From Phoronis australis (taxonomy: Eukaryota > Animalia > Phoronida), in contig NMRA01000012.1 in NCBI GenBank assembly GCA_002633005.1, forward strand, positions 524,487 to 588,486: DNA of 64,000 bases. The letters are read 5' to 3'. Positions 57,601 through 64,000 of this stretch are shown here, one piece after another (positions within the stretch are counted from its first letter, which is position 1; each line of letters starts with the position of its first letter). The notes under the pieces were generated by a model. It was not told the DNA's origin and searched no databases. It was given only the letters and a program-made list of their open reading frames with translations. Both the position numbers and the translations under genes were made by a program.

Positions 57601-60600
57601 TAAAACTTGTCCTATTCAGGCAGTATCCTGTCTACTCACAATTAACTGTTGCCTGGCCAGGAACACACTGTCTATCCCACCAGTGATGTAGACGGTGCCC
57701 TTGCGCTGGGGCGTGGCCGTGTTGGGGTCGGGGAAGTGTACGGTAGCACCCGTCTTCTGCATAATCTGCTTGATATTGATGCCCCCGCGGCCCATCATGA
57801 ACAGGTGATGTTGTGGGGCGATCTCCAGCTGCATGTTCACTGATATATTACCCTGCAGGCAGAGAGGACAAGACAATGCCTTTTTTTGGTCATACTCGAA
57901 AAAGGACTGCTGAGTGCAACACAGAGCGTGAATTGCATATATCAATAAGCGAATCCCCACGAAAAATGAATTTCAACCCAGAGTTGTAAGTTTTGGACAT
58001 AAAAGGTTATGAAGTATTCCTTTTATAGGGTTCCGATTCAACATTGCAAATGCTTTACACTGTCACATGTTATGGTTGTGGCTTTGAACAAAGTATGAAG
58101 CTTCTTCCTAAAAATTTACTGTTCTCATGAACTTCATCCAGTGTTGAAGGGCAGACGAGTCACTGGCAGTAAAATGATGACCACACTAACTCTTCATCTT
58201 TTCATGGTCTTATGGCCTAGTCACTACCAACGTAGCACTCAGTGCTATCTTCAAACAAGGGAAAAATAGCAGTGAGAATTGACTATGTGGTGAACAGTGT
58301 GAGCAAAAAGCCTACGGAAAGTGTCACATTCAAGGCATGATTTTTTTTGGACAAACTTCCCCATTTCATCAAGATATTACGACAGGCTTGGACATTCTGA
58401 GAACAAGTTTATTGTGATAGGGTTATTAGCATGACTTGCATTGTACTCCTTTCTTAAATCACCTGATAAATTTTGAGGTAATCACACATTGAAAAAAAAT
58501 AATTTCAATTTTAAGAGATTTACTGTCATTTTGCTATGCATAAAAATTACACCTAATTAACACAAATTAGTAAAATTTGAGAGACGCGTATCAGTGTGTC
58601 CCATACAAGACCTACCATAACCCCAATATTGCCAGTCAGGTGTTCCATGAGTGACAGTGTTGCCTCTTTCACACCATTAGCATTATTCACAGAGCCGCGT
58701 ACGATGACTGTTGTGAAGTAGAGGCGGGGCCTCTGTTTGAACGTCACTGTCACGTTGAATGTCTGTTGTATTCGTTGTACGATAGGCGAGTTTGAATCTG
58801 GCACTGGCTGTAGTACGCCGGTGATAGGCAGCTCAAATAGAAAGACTAGTGGTAACAGCTCCTGTAATAATTGTACAGTTTACAAAAGCTGTGAACTCCT
58901 ACGTAAACTATTTGTGCAATGAGATGGCGATTTTGTCCCAGTTCCCCGCTAAGTTGGGAAACCTACAAGTGACCTACACCGTATTTAGCGTAGAGAAACT
59001 TTCTAGAGCCGGTTTGATCACAGCACAATCTTATTATTGAAGAGAAATGTATTCCTCATCATAGAAAGCATTTCAATGATATTACGTGTCATTCGTGTAC
59101 CCTTTTTTACCACCAAAAAAATTCACCTCAAAATCATGCGAAATTCACTTTTTGTGGTGACAAGTTTTGAAATCAAAGCTAAAAAAACAAGATTTCTTTC
59201 ATCAAAGGATTTGTTCATTGTTATATTTTCACCCATTAACATTTAGCAAATGCAAGACCAATAGCAACAAGGCAATAAAACAAGTGGGGACTTGCAAAAA
59301 ATTGCAAAGAGTCGTGCACAGAAATTGCACGCATGTGATGTGTTTTAATCAACAATGAACAGAATGGAATGGTGACAAAAAAAATGCAGGAAACATAGCT
59401 GAGCAGAACCATTTTAATTATACGCTATGAACGCACAGTCGATAAACTAAACACGGCCAGGTATTTAATTCAAATTCAATCAGATAAGACATAAGTTAAA
59501 AATAACACACCTTCCAATATTGATTGGTTAGGCAAATAAAATATTCTTGTTCATCTGCATGAGTACCAGTTAATACCAGTTAATATCCGTTGTGAAAGGA
59601 ACAACACGTTAAAAATAGCAAATCTTACTACATCATTTCAACTCCTAATGCAAGTTGCAAAATTCATTCCTGTTTTGTAAAGAGGCTGTAAGCCTACACA
59701 CCTTTTGAACGATAAATATAGATTAGAAGAATGTTTCAGAATACATGGCCAATCGATAGTCTTTGATTTGCAATTTCCGTAACGCACTCACCCTGATAGC
59801 TGCTCTGGCCTGTTCAACTCCGAGGGGTTTACCGGCTATAGACACCTGAAGGAGACAAGACAAGTATTATATCACGTGTCACGAAAAAAGAACACCACCA
59901 CATTTAGATCATCTAATAATAATCAGAATAATTCAATCACAGAAAACATAAGTGTGGAGAGAGATTTATGATTATTGTTATTATTACATAAGCATATCAT
60001 AAACCATCCATTGCTAGTGATCAGAAAACTTTGAAAGAGTTAAAGATGCAACTTATCAAAACTTGTCAGAGAAATGTTAACGCTTTCAGGGTCTCAACAT
60101 CAAAAATCTCCACAGATTATGGGCATGACTTAAAAACATCCGCGTCACTCTTAAATACAAGTAATAAGTAGAAATCCTGGCTAAATATTGAGATATAACT
60201 AGAAGCAACACATATCAATTTTTCATGACAAGGAAACACAAAAACACAATGCAAAGCCTTAATTGTAATTTTTCAATATTTAGGATTGACTACGTCAGAA
60301 CACACAATCCCAACTTCACCATATTGTAGGGCAATATAGCTACACAATAGGACTCAGCTAAAACAAACAGAATTTTGTTTTTATTTATTTTACTGGTGAA
60401 CTATAAAGTTGTACTTTTCTAGCACATTTTGGGCTTAAAAGTGTAATCAATACTGCAGCTTGTCACTTCATAAATCTTATTTGCCTTTTAATTGCATTCT
60501 TTCCATTACTTTCTTAAAATAGTCTCTATAAAAAGAAACTGTGTGGACTACTTCAAAACTAGAAAAATGAGTCGCCCCCATATTGCTCACAATTCACATT

Positions 60601-63600
60601 AGACATTTTACAATTATACAAAATAGACTCTTCAAATGCACTATCTGTACAGCAGTATTAGGTCTCAAGGAACTGCTGCTTGATGACACCACCACTTGAA
60701 CTAAAACAAGGGTCCTTGCAGAGCATCCTGCACCTCATTGATACAATGAGGTCACCAGAGAGGGTCAACAACACATCTGCCAAAATGAATTGGTCATATT
60801 CTGAATGACAAGGATTGTCAACAGGTTATTGTTTTATAGTTTGCCCAATCTGCTTGTATGTGTTACTGGAGTACTGTCCACAGACATTAGAGACTGAGTG
60901 GGTCAATGCATTTACTTGTAATTTGAATCATACAGCAGTGACGCATGACTAAGGACTACACTCTGTTTTTGAACAGTCTTGCAATTGGCCTAACCACATC
61001 TTTACATCCTTTTGTTTGTTTTCTTTTACATTTGAAAAACCTTGAACTAAATCATGGATGTACTTAACACTTCCATATGTGAGGAATTATCTAAAATTAC
61101 CTAAAGGATGCCTAATTAGTATAAATGCGAAAACTAATATTTCGACCCTGTGACATAAAAGTTCAAAGACAACAAAATATAATGACATAAGACTTCCCAC
61201 ATGTTCGAGATAAAAATTCAAAGGACGACAAATCTTCAGAATTGCTGCATTGTGAAAAGAAAATTCCCACCACATCTATAGAAATTTAGATTTTAAATTT
61301 TAACAACAAAATTATCAAACACAAAGTCTATACTGTCTTGCCATCTTTGTAAGGATATTATGGACAAATCGCATTAAAAAGATGAAACAACAGTCTTTGA
61401 TGAGATTTAAACTGTCTTAAGCAAAAGGTGTTGGCCGAACAAACATGAAATGATCCAGGCTAACCAAATCCTGCAAGTCACCTTGTGTGGTCACAAGTGC
61501 ACACCTTGAAATGTAATACATGATCAAACTAAAAAACCATGTTATACATGAGCCCGCTGTGAAGAACTAATCAACTCTGTCTGGGAACAGTGTAATGAAT
61601 ATTCCTTTCTATGCTTCCCTACAAATGTGCATAAGGTTTGCAGGACGCAAGTACAGGAGCCATGGAGCAGAAGGAGAACCAATCGTTGGCGGAATTAAGA
61701 AACCACTGGAGATAGAACAAGAACAATTTGAAATTGTTTCATGATTTATGAAATATATCGTTATAGTACACACAGTTGTTCTAACCTCAAACTCGATGCA
61801 AATCACTACAGCCACATTGATTGGAAAAACAGGCAGTCATCGCTTAACCCACAAAAATGGTGATTTTCCTAAAAACCTGGCGAATTTCCAGACACACCCT
61901 AAAGACAACCTCAAACACAAATCTTACCTAGATTAGAACACAAACAGCAGAACCATGACCCGCAATCAATAATCAGCAGTTGTATTTGAGGAAAACCAAG
62001 GACAACTTGTAATGACATTTAACATTTTTAGATAAGTGAAAATTTACCGGGTTTTTTTGCTCCTTGGAAATCTTAGTAGAAAGTAATCAACAAATGTTAA
62101 TATAGGACTAATACAAGACTGAACACCAAGCTTGGCACATAACTCTGGTCTTGTGCAAACCAACTGTTTATATTCCACGTGCCTGTTATAACTATCAACA
62201 TTTCAAGCAAAGAGGATTAAAAATTGCAGTTTTACAACAGGTGATGGCCTGGCATGACTGAACACAAGCAAACTGTTGTTTTACAACAAAATTAAGAGTA
62301 AAGCACACAGCAAACACAAGTTCCAGAGACAAAAAAGCAAACAGAACTTTGTCACCGACACAGGATTTAGATTTGTCCTCTAGAATAATCTAGCATTTCA
62401 ATTAGCTGAAGAGAATTGACTCTCCAAATGTCTTTCTAAACAATGCTCAGGGCCTGTTAAACATGACCTTGGATAGCTTACACTCATTCCAGGGTCATGA
62501 CCCCAACACTTCAGATTACTGCTGGAAAAATTAAAGAACCTAATCTACCTCTACTGAAGCAAATGCAAAAACCTTAAGGGTACGAAAATAATAAAGCGTG
62601 ACTGTTGAAACATCAAGGACTGCAGTGTTCATCTATGCAACTGGCTTGAAGTGAACTGGAAAATTGACCGAGATTTTGAAAAATTTACCGAACTGATAAA
62701 TATTCCATCAGTGAAGAGTTATGAACATTATATTTGTGTGGTCAGCATGAAACTACATAAACAAAAAAAATCGTAAGATCTAGGGCAGGAAATGTCCCTG
62801 CAAATAGAAGATTTGTAGATTTTCTTTAAGCACATGAACAGCAGCAACACAAAAATGAAAGCAAGTATCAAATGGCCAGTTACATACATCTTAATTACTT
62901 ATTTGGTCTCCTTTCAGGCTAACACCTGTAGGAACTAGAAAGTTTGCATAACATCTGAATCACATAAGTTACAATAGAACACTTACAGGCACTTATAACC
63001 TTACACTATTTTAATTAAGCGGTTTTACTTCAGGTGATATTTTCTGCATCTTTATTCTGATTGGTGAAGGTGGTGAACTCACATGAGCCTCAGTCCAAGT
63101 ACTCAACAGACCAATCACATACCTGATTGCTTTTTTCGCCTTGCGTCCCCCTGTTGGAATCGGGAAAGTGTATATGACAGCCTGTGTCGGCCATGACACG
63201 TTTAATGTTGTTGCCGCCTTTCCCGATCACGTGGGAATGCTCAGTGTGCGACACGTCCATTTTTAGTGTGACCCTATTGCTCTAAAAGGACCAACAGAGT
63301 ATTGGGTTAGTTACAACTGAAAAGGGATAAGATGGAGCTGGTACGGCGATGACGGCTGTGGCGGTGATTATAGTAATAATATTTATGATCACTATTAAAA
63401 TTATGGAATAACAGAATTAAACTGCACTCACAGGAAATGAAATGAAAGCTGAAGCAGAGCTTTCAATGACAGTACTAACTATAGTAACACTAACAGAGAC
63501 ACTCCTGTTTGAACCACTTCAGATCTGTTGCTGTTTCTAGTTTTTTTTTTTCAACTACTGACATACATCCTGGTGCAGATGCACAGTTCTTGCCATTTAA

Positions 63601-64000
63601 ATAACACTTGCCCTCTGATACTGGTACTGCCCAAGGCAATGTGGGATTAGAACATGCCCAGGTGAGTAAGCGGCCTGACCTCATCATAGAAACAAACAGA
63701 AAACTGGCAAAAGTCCTTAAAAATTTGGAAAACACAGTCATAATAGTAGCACTGATATGTTTACAAATGTCTACCAAATAGTGGATACAATTTCAACAGT
63801 GTCCTAAAAAGATAAAAATTCATTGATTAGATGTTTCTTACAAGCTATCAACACTCTTGTTATGACAGCGAGATCATCCTTATCATTTGTCAGTTCTTTC
63901 AATTTTTACACACATAGCTGATAACAAGTGCGAAATCTCTTTTATCTCACCGACAGCATACCTTTGTGTCCAAGACAGCCATAATAAGCTCACGCGCCCG
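42522..64000 (-). CDS. bicc1: Bicaudal-C homolog (KH/KH-like domains + SAM), 5' end outside the window
   Basis: Join >64000-63962, 63281-63123, 59845-59792, 58861-58622(or 58616), 57852-57640, 56446-56389, 56008-55935, 51591-51420, [51229-51203], 50642-50511, 48827-48639, 47639-47477, 46389-46226, 45711-45557, 44754-44628, 44055-43913, 43573-43474, 42646-42522. Diagnostic peptides: SNRVTLKMDVSHTEHSHVIGKGGNNIK, DYEQKKLLATKA, WSGLGFSKSMP, SAM DLKELGISTFGARRKMLLAI, C-terminus DIASHSGRW. Confidence 0.97.
43474..43573 (-). CDS. bicc1: BicC exon, SAM C-half (IDLSTFITLTDEDLKELGISTFGARRKMLLAIT)
   Basis: 100 nt, phase 0/1. Confidence 0.96.
43913..44055 (-). CDS. bicc1: BicC exon, SAM N-half (...DLCELFSKLGLGKYTDLFQQQE)
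   Basis: 143 nt, phase 1/0. Confidence 0.95.
44330..44378. repeat. Perfect 22-bp inverted repeat with 5-nt loop (BicC intron)
   Basis: AGTTTTGTTGAACACGACATTC-AAATA-GAATGTCGTGTTCAACAAAACT. Confidence 0.95.
44628..44754 (-). CDS. bicc1: BicC exon (ASSLEEEDGVDRDPWKNSKK...PPGLNS)
   Basis: 127 nt, phase 0/1, AAG-type acceptor, gtaagt donor. Confidence 0.8.
45557..45711 (-). CDS. bicc1: BicC exon (AIQKKPGGETRNPTDYWSGLGFSKSMP...TTTYE)
   Basis: 155 nt, phase 1/0, conserved Bicc motif. Confidence 0.95.
46226..46389 (-). CDS. bicc1: BicC exon (NGDRQSSESGGESDSSEKRPPG...DYEQKKLLATK)
   Basis: 164 nt, phase 2/1, conserved DYEQKKLLATK. Confidence 0.93.
47477..47639 (-). CDS. bicc1: BicC exon (LEVHTMRAGSTYVNVVVPKSRSPSSSGSSVDLKG...RSAPF)
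   Basis: 163 nt, phase 1/2; the acceptor lies in the last unit of a 35-bp minisatellite; gtaagt donor. Confidence 0.78.
47623..47867. repeat. 35-bp minisatellite x7 spanning a BicC 3' splice site
   Basis: catagtatgtacctccactgtgtcaagagtatata units at 47623+35n. Confidence 0.95.
48639..48827 (-). CDS. bicc1: BicC exon, Ser/Pro-rich linker (MLAATSSPSYVDPP...GTSMDD)
   Basis: 189 nt, phase 1/1, ttctag / gtaagt. Confidence 0.82.
50511..50642 (-). CDS. bicc1: BicC exon (GLLAPNVLSVSTGPQRSLGLNEHNSSPPSSNGSNSPHQWISSPT)
   Basis: 132 nt, phase 1/1, cttag / gtaaga. Confidence 0.8.
51203..51229 (-). CDS. bicc1: Candidate 27-nt BicC microexon (EYPISVLTN)
   Basis: tgcatcag acceptor, consensus gtgagt donor, phase 1/1, open. 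Confidence 0.55.
51420..51591 (-). CDS. bicc1: BicC exon (SVIVKSIERNAGNMYEARRILLGL...LTNL)
   Basis: 172 nt, phase 0/1, tttcag / gtaagg. Confidence 0.94.
52998..54329. mobile_element. 1.33-kb non-autonomous Tc1/mariner-pogo-like DNA transposon
   Basis: TA|CCATATTCGGCGTAATAACCGCCC ... GGGCGGTTATTACGGCGAATACGG|TA (24-bp TIR, 2 mismatches). Confidence 0.9.
55935..56008 (-). CDS. bicc1: BicC exon (GTITQLMEQLDIFISVKPKPKQPSK)
   Basis: 74 nt, phase 1/0, gtaagt donor. Confidence 0.95.
56389..56446 (-). CDS. bicc1: BicC exon (GCLPLVLMFDMKEEVEIDQ)
   Basis: 58 nt, phase 0/1, gtgagt donor. Confidence 0.93.
57640..57852 (-). CDS. bicc1: BicC exon, KH domain (GNISVNMQLEIAPQHHLFMMGRGG...ARQQLI)
   Basis: 213 nt, ctgcag / gtgagt. 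Confidence 0.96.
58622..58861 (-). CDS. bicc1: BicC exon, KH-like (ELLPLVFLFELP...LMEHLTGNIG)
   Basis: ttacag acceptor; two in-frame donors (exon end 58622 or 58616). Confidence 0.93.
59792..59845 (-). CDS. bicc1: BicC exon (VSIAGKPLGVEQARAAIR)
   Basis: 54 nt, ttcag / gtgagt. Confidence 0.95.
63123..63281 (-). CDS. bicc1: BicC exon, KH domain (SNRVTLKMDVSHTEHSHVIGKGGNNIKRVMADTGCHIHFPDSNRGTQGEKSNQ)
   Basis: 159 nt, GxxG loop, ttttag / gtatgt. Confidence 0.97.
63962..64000 (-). CDS. bicc1: BicC exon, partial (RARELIMAVLDTK)
   Basis: gtatgc donor, phase 0; precedes SNRVTL as in BICC1. Confidence 0.9.

Overview
Intron-rich, AT-rich animal (invertebrate, probably lophotrochozoan; inference) genomic DNA, so most ORF-track entries are spurious and I reconstructed genes by splice-site and phase matching. 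(1) + strand, 1448..36017: the 3' part of UNC80 (NALCN channelosome subunit), ending in ...ARDTIV*. Its disordered C-terminal tail is encoded by a run of symmetric phase-1 exons, several of which look like optional cassettes. (2) - strand, nested in the 13.8-kb UNC80 intron 1667..15491: an apparently unnamed 4-exon gene for a ~393-aa type I membrane protein. It has a signal peptide, a Thr-rich mucin stalk, a juxtamembrane Cys, a TM helix with a central Glu, and a tail with ITAM-like and ITIM-like tyrosine motifs. This is the most novel item. (3) - strand, 42522..>64000: Bicaudal-C (KH domains + SAM, ending DIASHSGRW*), convergent with UNC80. It has a 35-bp minisatellite that multiplies one splice acceptor seven times and a candidate 27-nt microexon. 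Introns carry non-autonomous DNA transposons (TA-TSD Tc1/mariner-pogo-like; TTAA Kolobok-like, some nested), minisatellites and hairpins. There is a probable haplotype-overlap assembly artefact at the N at 33472. Family assignments come from remembered sequence motifs, not database searches.
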